64,000 nt of DNA from positions 1-64,000 of the forward strand of contig JAFIQS020000014.1 of the NCBI GenBank assembly GCA_017499595.2. The letters run 5' to 3'. The position numbers and the translations under genes were made by a program. This document shows positions 31,701 through 42,089 of this stretch, piece after piece. The stretch is from Psilocybe cubensis (Eukaryota). A model generated the notes under the pieces. That model ran no database searches. It saw only the letters and a list, made by a program, of their open reading frames with translations, and was not told the DNA's origin. The number at the start of each line of letters is the position of its first letter. The first letter of the stretch is position 1.

Positions 31701-33850
31701 TGTGCATCGAAATCGTTTGTAGTATGTACGAGGAATGGTTACTCAATGCTTCGGAAGAAAACACTGCATTAGCCCATATTAATCCAAATTCGTTAGAGAA
31801 TAACTTGGTTAAATTGGGCATCTTTAAACGTGCTATCGAGATTGGCAATACGCAATTGATAACACAACATGGGTCTAGATATTTTAGACAAAAAAATGGC
31901 CTCGCAATGGGCGTCGCGGATTCTCCGGACCTTGCTAACCTCTTTGGAGCCCATTTTGAAATAAAGTCAAAAATCTTAGACCACCCTAATGTGGCCTTCT
32001 ATGGAAGGTACATCGACGATTGTTTTGCAATTGTTTACGCCGAGTCCGAAGCACTTGCACTTAATTTAATTAAAGAAACAATAAAGTTCGATGGTTGTGT
32101 TATCGAATGGGCTGTTTCCTCGTCGGGATGTCAATTTCTCGATGCTTTCATATTCAAGGAGTCTGGAAAACTTCATTGGAAGCCTTTTGTCAAGACAGGA
32201 AACAACCGAGAACGAGTTCCATGGGTATCACATCATCCTTTAGACGTCAAACGTGGCGTTTACATTGGAGAGTTATCCAGGTTAGCCGTGCTATGTAGTA
32301 CCAAGGAAATCTACATTGGAGCAATTAGAGACCTTAACGCTCTCTATTTGATGCGCGGTTATCCCGAAAACCTAGTCATGTCTTGGTGTAAGAAGAATAT
32401 ACAAGAACGTTGGGAAAAGCGATTCGCTTTACGAATCGCAGAGCACGACGAATCCATTCTTGTACTTAAAACCAGGTTTGATCAGGTATGGAATTGGTTT
32501 TCAGCTGCTGAACTTGGAAAAACTGTTACCGAGTACTGGTCGGCATGGTATGAACATGCCGAGAAAGGTCTGTATAGTGTAGACTCGTCCAGACCCCTTA
32601 TCAAACCAGATCCAAATTACGTTCACGACCTCGATGATGTTCGCCCGGAGCTGTTCACACAGATCCTCGTGGACGGAGAAACTGAGTTCGTACCGGATTT
32701 GAGGAAGATAGGACTACTCGGAAGTCGTTGGATAGTATCGCGAAAGCGCAATACTAATCTTTTCGACCTTGCAAATGTGTGGAAGAAAACAGTTTTTCGT
32801 AAACTGGATGAAGACATTGCCGAAAAAGGTGGTGTTGTTCCCGAAACTCAAAACGTTAATGAAACTTATCATTCTGCTCTAGTTGAAGCTGCTGAACAGA
32901 TAAGTATCGAAAGCGATAACGAGATAATACTTCATAGACGTTCAATCTCACAAGAGAGGGAACATCCAGAATTCGGCAGAATATCCAAATCTTACAACCG
33001 ATGAAAAGAATACTAGCGCTTAAGGCGTAAAGCATTAGAAAAAAACCCTAACCGTAAGTATTCATTGCTATAAAGTAACAAACATCTACTTACAAGCAAC
33101 ACATTGGATTAAATAGCTAAACCTAAACCTAAACCCTAAACCCTAAACCCTAAGCCCTAACCTAACCCCAACCCTAAGCTAACTAAGTCTAACCTTAGTA
33201 GGAAGTAAGGTAGGCGTGTGAACTTCCGAACGGCATGTGATTGTGAAGGGCCGGATCTAATTTAGTACATGGGAAAAGTTACTTAGTACTTCGGGAAAAG
33301 TTCCTTAGTACCGTGGAAACATTTTTGATGGACCGGATCATGAACTGTCCAATTAAGATTCACAACAATCAATCAATTGATTGTTAGGTAAGGACCCAGG
33401 TAAGCTATTTATACTCTTGACATGTGAATATTCCCATGTCGCGGTTACTCGGAGCCACGTAACCAGAGTAATCTATATCCATGTGATTCACATCACAGTC
33501 AATAACCCACGATGTCAAAGAACAAAAGTGTTGGATCCACTTTTGACAGGTTACCATGTGCCACATTGACCCGTGACACTCTGTTCATCAGAGACCTGTC
33601 TAACTTGACAATAAACATTGACAGATTTGTGATAGTCGGTAAGATACATGACAGCTGCACAGCATCACTTCACGCGCTGTCATCGGATGTCTAGAACATT
33701 CCTTCTAAGAATAGCCACTGAAGAGTCTATAAAGACGAAAGGGCTGGTTGTTGGTACCCCCCAACAGCCCTCTGGCCTTCTTTCCATTTAACTCACAGTT
33801 TAAACAAGTCGCTCGCACCTCGCTTCGCTCGGTGCTCGCTCCCCCCCTAA
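28730..33850 (+). mobile_element. Penelope-like element unit 6
   Basis: pLTR variant ggtacccccc at both ends; ORF 29474-33004. Confidence 0.9.
29474..33004 (+). CDS. PLE ORF1-RT polyprotein (1176 aa)
   Basis: Same RT motifs. Confidence 0.95.
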   Translation: MSSTYSAAFSRAMSPTLDALTQAVVNNTVFGVNDEAGRHNALIDELATVVIKKIAECRSIDQIVDCVFFDYRAALREFLLNLASWCDKRETVKASLERLELAVSAGNTPNRLRVKAPEFQLTKEFADAGSAEALRVSSTFSTARDVFQKAINDGAIQAKKDELAFWDDKCALNNCYEAAALIVKTTYDDRKSSYKLPVFSTDNKGVRRITDWVVSPQKKAECSALQTILPAIFSHIKQIVNLRHRALAIKIEKKRSTAATADVEMADATKPGPSIQSLIDKGLNARLKKLNLGSVGKKASSRNPSPIILDTNYYSNYPDFVWPEFVQGSSTSGQESWPFEIQTLVDAFAEEAPNQGFQQGRQQEEREGESSRQERSKGKGKGKSLDARSNVVPFTSVRPAFPNSIPDDILTMTKTDAVSFVHLHTPISFLLAGQYRSSVHCSPGVVVPVDIANDLSLGLNYMFFTLPSQSLIMQAWNDFQRRIRWRIYFLFKEGMNKPFDPDYGVSSKKKEKPPVLPQYMELGLSMGRRYVQRTIASIPEEALTEMRKHAFSPKRDKIRKFLIDNNYVITMTDKNLGLAVSERDWILRNELNLLEDERNYEELEFEVAQEVMKSKMIQMQTLARTVEDEHLFLFELGLSRFFLSNVPEDGSSFKYPQFHGIPKIHKKPTGFRPIIPCHSVVFNPAAKFVSKELKPIIKSTPSIIHGTKDLFTRLSQLRIDPKRQWYFVTGDVVAFYPNIPLDLCIEIVCSMYEEWLLNASEENTALAHINPNSLENNLVKLGIFKRAIEIGNTQLITQHGSRYFRQKNGLAMGVADSPDLANLFGAHFEIKSKILDHPNVAFYGRYIDDCFAIVYAESEALALNLIKETIKFDGCVIEWAVSSSGCQFLDAFIFKESGKLHWKPFVKTGNNRERVPWVSHHPLDVKRGVYIGELSRLAVLCSTKEIYIGAIRDLNALYLMRGYPENLVMSWCKKNIQERWEKRFALRIAEHDESILVLKTRFDQVWNWFSAAELGKTVTEYWSAWYEHAEKGLYSVDSSRPLIKPDPNYVHDLDDVRPELFTQILVDGETEFVPDLRKIGLLGSRWIVSRKRNTNLFDLANVWKKTVFRKLDEDIAEKGGVVPETQNVNETYHSALVEAAEQISIESDNEIILHRRSISQEREHPEFGRISKSYNR

Positions 33851-33857
33851 ACCCTAA

Positions 33858-36800
33858 AATTCGGCAGAATATCCAAATCTTACAACCGATGAAAAGAATA
33901 CTAGCGCTTAAGGCGTAAAGCATTAGAAAAAAACCCTAACCGTAAGTATTCCTTGCTATAAAGTAACAAACATCTACTTACAAGCAACACATTGGATTGA
34001 ATAGCTAAACCTAAACCTAAACCCTAAACCCTAAACCCTAAGCCCTAACCTAACCCCAACCCTAAGCTAACTAAGTCTAACCTTAGTAGGAAGTAAGGTA
34101 GGCGTGTGAACTTCCGAACGGCATGTGATTGTGAAGGGCCGGATCTAATTTAGTACATGGGAAAAGTTACTTAGTACTTCGGGAAAAGTTCCTTAGTACC
34201 GTGGAAACATTTTTGATGGACCAGATCATGAACTGTCCAATTAAGATTCACAACAATCAATCAGTCTATTGTTTGATTGTTAGGTAAGGACCCAGGTAAG
34301 CTATTTATACTCTAGACATGTGAATATTCCCATGTCGCGGTTACTCGGAGCCACGTAACCAGAGTTTTCTATATCCATGTGATTCACATCACAGTCAATA
34401 ACCCACGATGTCAAAGAACAAAAGTGTTGGATCCACTTTTGACAGGTTACCATATGCCACATTGACCCGTGACACTCTGTTCATCAGAGATCTGTCTAAC
34501 TTGACAATAAACATTGACAGATTTGTGATAGTCGGTAAGATACATGACAGCTGCGCAGCATCACTTCACGCGCTGTCATCGGATGTTCCAGAACATTCCT
34601 TCTAAGAATAGCCACTGAAGAGTCTATAAAGACGAAAGGGCTGGCTGCTGATAACAATCAACAGCCCTCTGGCTTCTTTCCATTTTAACTCCCAGTTTAA
34701 ACTAGTCGCTCGCACCTCGCTTCGCTCGGTGCTCGCTCCCCCCCTAAACCCAACGACTTTGCTATCACCCATCAGCCACTATGTCATCCCAATACTCTGC
34801 TGCTTTCTCTCGTGCCATGTCCCCCACCCTGGACGCACTCACCCAGGCCGTCGTCAACAACACCGTCTTCGGCGTCAACGATGAAGCAGGCCGCCATAAC
34901 GCTCTGATCGACGAGCTGGCCACTGTGGTCATCAAAAAAATAGCTGAGTGCCGCTCCGTTGACCAAGTCATAGACTGCGTCTTTTTTGACTATCGTGCTG
35001 CCCTCAGGGAGTTTCTTCTCAACCTCGCATCGTGGTGCGATAAGAGAGAAACAGTCAAGGCTAGCCTCGAGCGCCTTGAATCTGCCGTTAGCGCAGGCAA
35101 CACGCCCAATCGCCTTAAGGTGAAGGCGCCCGAGTTCCAACTCACGAAGGAATTCGCGGATGCCGGGTCAGCGGAGGCTCTTCGAGTCTCCACTACGTTC
35201 TCTACCGCTCGTGACGTCTTCCAAAAGGCGATTAACGACGGCGCCATTCAGGCGAAAAAGGATGAGCTGGCCTTTTGGGATGATAAATGCGCACTCAACT
35301 CTTGCTACGAAGCTGCTGCCCTCATCGTTAAGGCAACTTACGATGATCGCAAATCCAGCTACAAGCTCCCTGTTTTCTCTACAGACAACAAGGGAGTCCG
35401 ACGTATAGCAGAGTGGGTAGTGTCTCCGCAAAAGAAAGCCGAATGCAGTGCGCTGCAAACTATACTGCCGGCGATCTTTTCTCATATCAAACAAATTGTC
35501 AACATGCGCCACCGCGCCTTGGCAATTAAGATTGAGAAAAAGCGGACGACTGCGGCAACAGCCGATGTCGAGATGGCCGACGCGACCAAACCAGGTCCGT
35601 CGATTCAATCCCTTATTGATAAGGGCTTGAATGCACGTCTCAAAAAGCTCAACCTTGGATCTGTGGGCAAGAAGGCAAGTTTTCGTAACCCTTCACCCAT
35701 AATTCTGGACACTAATTATTACTCTAATTACCCAGACTTTGTCTGGCCAGAATTCGTCCAAGGCTCCTCAACCTCAGGCCAGGAAAGCTGGCCCTTCGAA
35801 ACCCAAGTCGTCGTCGATGCCTTCGCAGAGGAAGCCCCAAACCAAGGCTTCCAACAAGGTCGACAACAAGAAGAAAGGGAAGGGGAGAGCTCCCGTCAAG
35901 AACAACGATCCAAAGGGAAAGGGAAAGGCAAGAGCCTAGACGCGCGGTCTACTGTAGCATCATTTACGTCGGTGAGACCCGCCTTCCCCAACTCTATTCC
36001 TGACGATATACTCACCATGACTAAAACAGACGCGGTTTCTTTCGTACACTTACATACTCCAATTTCATTCTTGTTGGCTGGCCAGTATCGTAGTAGTGTA
36101 CATTGTAGTCCTGGTGTTTCTGTCCCTGTTGATGTAGCAAACGATCTCTCTCTCGGACTAAATTATATGTTTTTCACACTGCCTTCTAAAAGTCTGATCA
36201 TGCAAGCATGGAATGATTTTCAACGAAGAATAAGATGGCGTATCTATTTTTTGTTTAAGGAAGGCATGAATAAACCTTTTGATCCAGATTATGGAGTAAG
36301 TTCTAAGAAAAAAGAAAAACCTCCTGTATTACCGCAATATATGGAACTTGGCCTTTCGATGGGACGTCGGTACGTGCAACGCACGATCGCAAGTATCCCG
36401 GAAGAAGCCCTCACGGAGATGCGAAAGCACGCGTTCTCTCCTAAAAGGGACAAGATCCGTAAGTTTCTTATCGATAACAACTATGTTATTACGATGACAG
36501 ATAAGAATCTTGGCCTCGCGGTGTCTGAACGCGACTGGATAATAAGGAATGAGCTCAATCTTCTTGAAGATGAACGCAACTACGAAGAGTTAGAATTCGA
36601 AGTTGCTCAAGAAGTTATGAAGAGCAAAATGATTCAGATGCAAACGCTCGCACGTACTGTCGAAGATGAACATCTGTTTCTATTTGAACTTGGGTTGTCT
36701 CGATTTTTTCTATCAAATGTACCGGAAGACGGATCATCGTTCAAGTATCCTCAATTTCATGGTATACCTAAAATCCATAAAAAACCTACTGGATTTAGGC

Positions 36801-39165
36801 CCATAATTCCGTGTCACTCTGTAGTATTTAATCCTGCAGCCAAGTTCGTATCAAAAGAGCTTAAGCCGATTATTAAATCGACTCCTTCAATCATACACGG
36901 AACGAAGGATCTCTTTACGAGATTAAGCCAATTGCGTATAGACTCCAATAGACAATGGTATTTTGTCACTGGAGATGTAGTTGCTTTCTATCCCAATATT
37001 CCGTTGGACTCGTGCATCGAAATCGTTTGTAGTATGTACGAGGAATGGTTACTCAACGCTTCGGAAGAAAACACTGCATTAGCCCATATTAATCCAAATT
37101 CGTTAGAAAATAACTTGGTTAAATTGGGCATCTTTAAACGTGCTATCGAGATTGGCAATACGCAATTAATAACACAACATGGGTCTAGATATTTTAGACA
37201 AAAAAATGGCCTCGCAATGGGCGTCGCGGATTCTCCGGACCTTGCTAACCTCTTTGGAGCCCATTTTGAAATAAAGTCAAAAATCTTGGACCACCCAAAC
37301 GTGGCCTTCTATGGAAGGTACATCGACGATTGTTTCGCAATTGTTTACGCCGAGTCCGAAGCACTTGCACTTAATCTTATTAAAGAAACAATAAAGTTCG
37401 ATGGTTGTGTTATCGAATGGGCTGTTTCCTCGTCGGGATGTCAATTTCTCGATGCTTTCATATTCAAGGAGTCTGGAAAACTTCATTGGAAGCCTTTTGT
37501 CAAGACAGGAAACAACCGAGAACGAGTTCCATGGGTATCACATCATCCTTTGGACGTCAAACGTGGCGTCTACATTGGAGAGTTATCCAGGTTAGCCGTG
37601 CTATGTAGTACCAAGGAAATCTACATCGGAGCAATTAGAGACCTTAACGCTCTCTATTTGATGCGCGGTTATCCCGAAAACCTAGTCATATCTTGGTGTA
37701 AGAAGAATATACAAGAACGTTGGGAAAAGCGATTCGCTTTACGAGTCGCAGAGCACGACGAATCCATTCTTGTACTTAAAACCAGATTTGATCAGGTATG
37801 GAATTGGTTTTCAGCTGCTGAACTTGGAAAAACTGTTACCGAGTACTGGTCGGCATGGTATGAACATGCCGAGAAAGGTTTGTATAGTGCAGACTCGTCC
37901 AGACCCCTTATCAAACCAGATCCAAATTACGTTCACGACCTCGATGATGTTCGCCCGGAGCTGTTCACACAGATCCTCGTGGACGGAGAAACTGAGTTCG
38001 TACCGGATTTGAGGAAGATAGGACTACTCGGAAGTCGTTGGATAGTATCGCGAAAACGCAATACTAATCTTTTCGACCTTGCAAATGTGTGGAAGAAAAC
38101 AGTCTTTCGTAAACTGGATGAAGACATCGCTGAAAAAGGTGGTGTTGTTCCCGAAACTCAAAACGTTAATGAAACTTATCATTCTGCTTTAGTTGAAGCT
38201 GCTGAGCAGATAAGTATCGAAAGTGATAACGAGATAATACTTCATAGACGTTCAATCTCACAAGAGAGGGAACATCCAGAATTCGGCAGAATATCCAAAT
38301 CTTACAACCGATGAAAAGAATACTAGCGCTTAAGGCGTAAAGCATTAGAAAAAAACCCTAACCGTAAGTATTCCTTGCTATAAAGTAACAAACATCTACT
38401 TACAAGCAACACATTGGATTGAATAGCTAAACCTAAACCTAAACCCTAAACCCTAAACCCTAAGCCCTAACCTAACCCCAACCCTAAGCTAACTAAGTCT
38501 AACCTTAGTAGGAAGTAAGGTAGGCGTGTGAACTTCCGAACGGCATGTGATTGTGAAGGGCCGGATCTAATTTAGTACATGGGAAAAGTTACTTAGTACT
38601 TCGGGAAAAGTTCCTTAGTACCGTGGAAACATTTTTGATGGACCAGATCATGAACTGTCCAATTAAGATTCACAACAATCAATCAGTCTATTGTTTGATT
38701 GTTAGGTAAGGACCCAGGTAAGCTATTTATACTCTAGACATGTGAATATTCCCATGTCGCGGTTACTCGGAGCCACGTAACCAGAGTTTTCTATATCCAT
38801 GTGATTCACATCACAGTCAATAACCCACGATGTCAAAGAACAAAAGTGTTGGATCCACTTTTGACAGGTTACCATATGCCACATTGACCCGTGACACTCT
38901 GTTCATCAGAGATCTGTCTAACTTGACAATAAACATTGACAGATTTGTGATAGTCGGTAAGATACATGACAGCTGCGCAGCATCACTTCACGCGCTGTCA
39001 TCGGATGTTCCAGAACATTCCTTCTAAGAATAGCCACTGAAGAGTCTATAAAGACGAAAGGGCTGGCTGCTGATAACAATCAACAGCCCTCTGGCTTCTT
39101 TCCATTTTAACTCCCAGTTTAAACTAGTCGCTCGCACCTCGCTTCGCTCGGTGCTCGCTCCCCCC
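33858..39165 (+). mobile_element. Penelope-like element unit 7, most proximal; its 5' repeat extends back into the ORF 3' end
   Basis: Begins aattcggcagaatatcc (last ORF codons), then full UTR, ORF, UTR. Confidence 0.9.
34781..38314 (+). CDS. PLE ORF1-RT polyprotein (1177 aa)
   Basis: Same RT motifs. Confidence 0.95.
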   Translation: MSSQYSAAFSRAMSPTLDALTQAVVNNTVFGVNDEAGRHNALIDELATVVIKKIAECRSVDQVIDCVFFDYRAALREFLLNLASWCDKRETVKASLERLESAVSAGNTPNRLKVKAPEFQLTKEFADAGSAEALRVSTTFSTARDVFQKAINDGAIQAKKDELAFWDDKCALNSCYEAAALIVKATYDDRKSSYKLPVFSTDNKGVRRIAEWVVSPQKKAECSALQTILPAIFSHIKQIVNMRHRALAIKIEKKRTTAATADVEMADATKPGPSIQSLIDKGLNARLKKLNLGSVGKKASFRNPSPIILDTNYYSNYPDFVWPEFVQGSSTSGQESWPFETQVVVDAFAEEAPNQGFQQGRQQEEREGESSRQEQRSKGKGKGKSLDARSTVASFTSVRPAFPNSIPDDILTMTKTDAVSFVHLHTPISFLLAGQYRSSVHCSPGVSVPVDVANDLSLGLNYMFFTLPSKSLIMQAWNDFQRRIRWRIYFLFKEGMNKPFDPDYGVSSKKKEKPPVLPQYMELGLSMGRRYVQRTIASIPEEALTEMRKHAFSPKRDKIRKFLIDNNYVITMTDKNLGLAVSERDWIIRNELNLLEDERNYEELEFEVAQEVMKSKMIQMQTLARTVEDEHLFLFELGLSRFFLSNVPEDGSSFKYPQFHGIPKIHKKPTGFRPIIPCHSVVFNPAAKFVSKELKPIIKSTPSIIHGTKDLFTRLSQLRIDSNRQWYFVTGDVVAFYPNIPLDSCIEIVCSMYEEWLLNASEENTALAHINPNSLENNLVKLGIFKRAIEIGNTQLITQHGSRYFRQKNGLAMGVADSPDLANLFGAHFEIKSKILDHPNVAFYGRYIDDCFAIVYAESEALALNLIKETIKFDGCVIEWAVSSSGCQFLDAFIFKESGKLHWKPFVKTGNNRERVPWVSHHPLDVKRGVYIGELSRLAVLCSTKEIYIGAIRDLNALYLMRGYPENLVISWCKKNIQERWEKRFALRVAEHDESILVLKTRFDQVWNWFSAAELGKTVTEYWSAWYEHAEKGLYSADSSRPLIKPDPNYVHDLDDVRPELFTQILVDGETEFVPDLRKIGLLGSRWIVSRKRNTNLFDLANVWKKTVFRKLDEDIAEKGGVVPETQNVNETYHSALVEAAEQISIESDNEIILHRRSISQEREHPEFGRISKSYNR

Positions 39166-39219
39166 CTAAACCCTAAACCCTAAACCCTAAACCCTAAACC
39201 CTAAACCCTAAACCCTAAA
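39163..39219 (+). repeat. Innermost telomeric tract, junction to unique subtelomeric DNA
   Basis: About 8 CCCTAAA units followed by non-repetitive sequence. Confidence 0.95.
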
Positions 39220-39223
39220 ACTC

Positions 39224-41222
39224 CTATGGTTCATGTGTGGGCCTCATCACCTGGAAAGTGAGTCCTCCATCCTTTTTTCTGTGGCGCTCACGCTTCTCAA
39301 TCACCAAGCGCCCTTGCGAGAACCCTTCAGCGAGACACCGTGGTTGTGCTGGCTGCAACTGGGGTCTCGGTGCGGCCGTCAGGGTCGCTGCGACCCTGCT
39401 CACACTCCCCTCGGTCTGCGCCGAGCTGCTCGCTCCACTCCCACGTACCAGTGGTGAGCCTGCTCGTGGACGTTTGAGGGCTGAGGCGGATTCGCCCCTG
39501 GGTAAAAGAAGAAGCAAGGAGATGAAATATTAAATACTGAGAAAATCAATGAAAGGTGTGTTGTACATACCTATCTCCGTTTGCCGTCGACAGTCTTCGC
39601 TTCCGTGTATATCTGGAAGCGGTGGCGACTTGACTAATTTCAAAAGGTACGGTCAGTTTTTTGTTGTGTTCGTTGACTAGACAATGGGTTGACTCGTACC
39701 TGTCGCCATTCTGTGTTTCTGTGCAATGATTGGTCATTCTACATAATCGAAAAGAAGTGTCAGATACGGTTTCACACTCTGACGATGAGAAAAGGAAACA
39801 ATATATCATACCCTCCATTGCCGTGTCTGAGCTTTGCAAGAGACTCGACGGGGTTACCCCCGGAGCCCTCTTCACGGTTCAATGTCATCTTGATGGATCT
39901 TGATTGATAATTTGTTTCCGTTTCTCCGATATTGGAGTGGAAACTGTCGGTAGCGCTCCTTGGGATGTTGGCATGGCTTCCATGCTGATAATAGGAAACC
40001 AGTTGGTCAACATTTTCAAGGGTTGGAAGAAACTGCTGTCTTCGTTTGTCATCTTCGGTGTGCACCCTAGTGAGGGCGTGTGTCGCCTGTGCTGGTAGTT
40101 CTGGATTAATGAACCAGATTCCGCCATGAATGATGTCAATATAGCGGTTTTGCTTCCCAGGTTCGGACGCAGCACTCGTGGAGGTGGTGGAGGGCTCACT
40201 CAAGTACCTGAGGACAATGAGTTCTGAGGCCAATCTGAGCCCTGCAATGCAAGACATACCTTTCATTCTGATCAACAAATTGACATGCCTCAGGATTTCT
40301 GAAAGACGGAGCTTGATTACTGCTTGATGCCTGAGGAGGGGTATTGATGCGCGTTGACGTAGGGAATATGCCCTCAGAACGAGGTATAATTTTATTCAGT
40401 GAGGAGTTCCTTGAGACAAGCGGTCTAGTCGGAATGATGCCTGCACCTGACATAGAAAGCTGGTTAGCGGGATCGACAAAGTTGAAACCCTCCGGAGCAG
40501 ACGAAAAGCCTAGATCTATTGATGAGAACAACACGGAAGCCGTTGTTAGCCTGAAGTCTCAAATATGGGGCATCTCGGTTCTTACAGCTCGGATCATCCA
40601 AGGCTTGCGATTGATACATTGATGATGATGCCATGGCAGGCTCCTCGTTAATTTGATGGCATAACGAAGATGATTTTGGAGAGGTGTTGAATGGAGTGTG
40701 TAATTTGGGAGCCTGAGTTGACGCTAACGCTGCGTTTGTTGTGGTACGCATATCTGGTATTGATTTCAACATTGCTTCTTAAAGATTATGGTCAGTACTT
40801 TGTTGTGAAAACAAATGTTCCCATTTCTTACTGCTCATGTCTGCTGAAGTTGAATCAGGAGATAAATACGGTTCGATGCCATGTTCTATGGGAATTTCCA
40901 AGTGTATTGACAATGAGGGCATGGCGCTTGGAGGGCCCGTAATGCTGTCGGTAATAGCATCTGTTGAGGGATGGTCTTCAAGTACCACTTGTGGATCTTC
41001 TGAGCGCAGATCACATATTGATTAGAAATCCAAGTCAAATATGATAGGGAGATTACCCACCAGCCAACATCTCAGAGAACGAAAGATTGTAGTCCAAAGA
41101 ATAATCGACGAAAGAGTAGTCAAATACATTGCTGGAATCCATGTTTGAGTATACTGGCTTGGGGTACCAAAGTAGGAGGGGGGGAAGAATGGTATGGTAC
41201 GGGTCAATGAAGTATTTCTCAT
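39224..41222 (-). CDS. Multi-exon hypothetical protein gene (possibly degenerate), paralog of 53161-54900; exon boundaries not resolved
   Basis: Peptide blocks shared with the paralog (RYxxIxHGGIWF, LPTLExVxQLVSYY, TASRYTRKRRLSTA, LTFQVM); both start MRNT; shared upstream TATAAATA. Confidence 0.5.
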
Positions 41223-42089
41223 GTTTTCGGCTCTTGCAGGGCTAGTGCAGGATGACTCCTCGATTCCTCGTGTATAAAATGATGTTGCAAACCTTTTAGG
41301 CAATAAAATAACTGTTTCCCCATGAACACACACAATCGACGCGGTTCTAATCTTATAGCCGCATCATTTCCCTGACGTTCCCAGAGAAATGACCTGTCAT
41401 CCACCTATTTCCACCACACAAGATGTGATTGGTTGATATGTTACTTCTCATACTAATAGATCTATTTATAATACATAGCCACTGGTTACATCGAGGTTGA
41501 TGTTCCTACCTCGCGTTTAACCAATTAGTCGGACCTTAAACCATTCACCCGAAAGAGAAGTGATAGGGGATACCATCCGTGCGCATTCCACCACAATATA
41601 TGTGAATCAAACAACCAATCCGGTATAGAGATGGTGTACAGTCTTTCCGCGCACTCTCATGGGTACTCGCTTTCTGAATCGACGGCGCTACTCAGTAGTT
41701 TACATACCCAAACAACCCCTCCCTTTTTACATGAATGGCATCAGGTGAGGAACACGACCGCAGATGAATATGGGTCGTCCTGCATCAGTGTCAGGACTGT
41801 CAACATGCATGACAAATTTTGCGCACATATAGCAAAGAAGCAGGGAGGGTTGTTAGCCAATCAGAATAAATCTGTGAGCGGAAGGGGTGGTAGACAAAAA
41901 GTTTGACAACGCTGTAGAAAACTTACTTTTGCACCGTTTCCTGTAGCCCACAGGCTCCCGTGTACATACGCACATACCCCAATCACCATTTTACAACTCC
42001 AGTTCAATCCTTTGGCAATACCTGGAGTCGTTCCACGGACGCTTGATTTTTTCAGTCTGTATTTCGTGTCTTCGGCTGATGGCTAGTTC

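Noticed and set aside
1-39219. Repeat-spacer pattern as CRISPR-like, or the array as a pure assembly artefact
   Set aside because: Repeats are telomeric heptamers with no cas genes; units differ by many SNPs and have distinct truncation junctions, though read-level checking is still advisable
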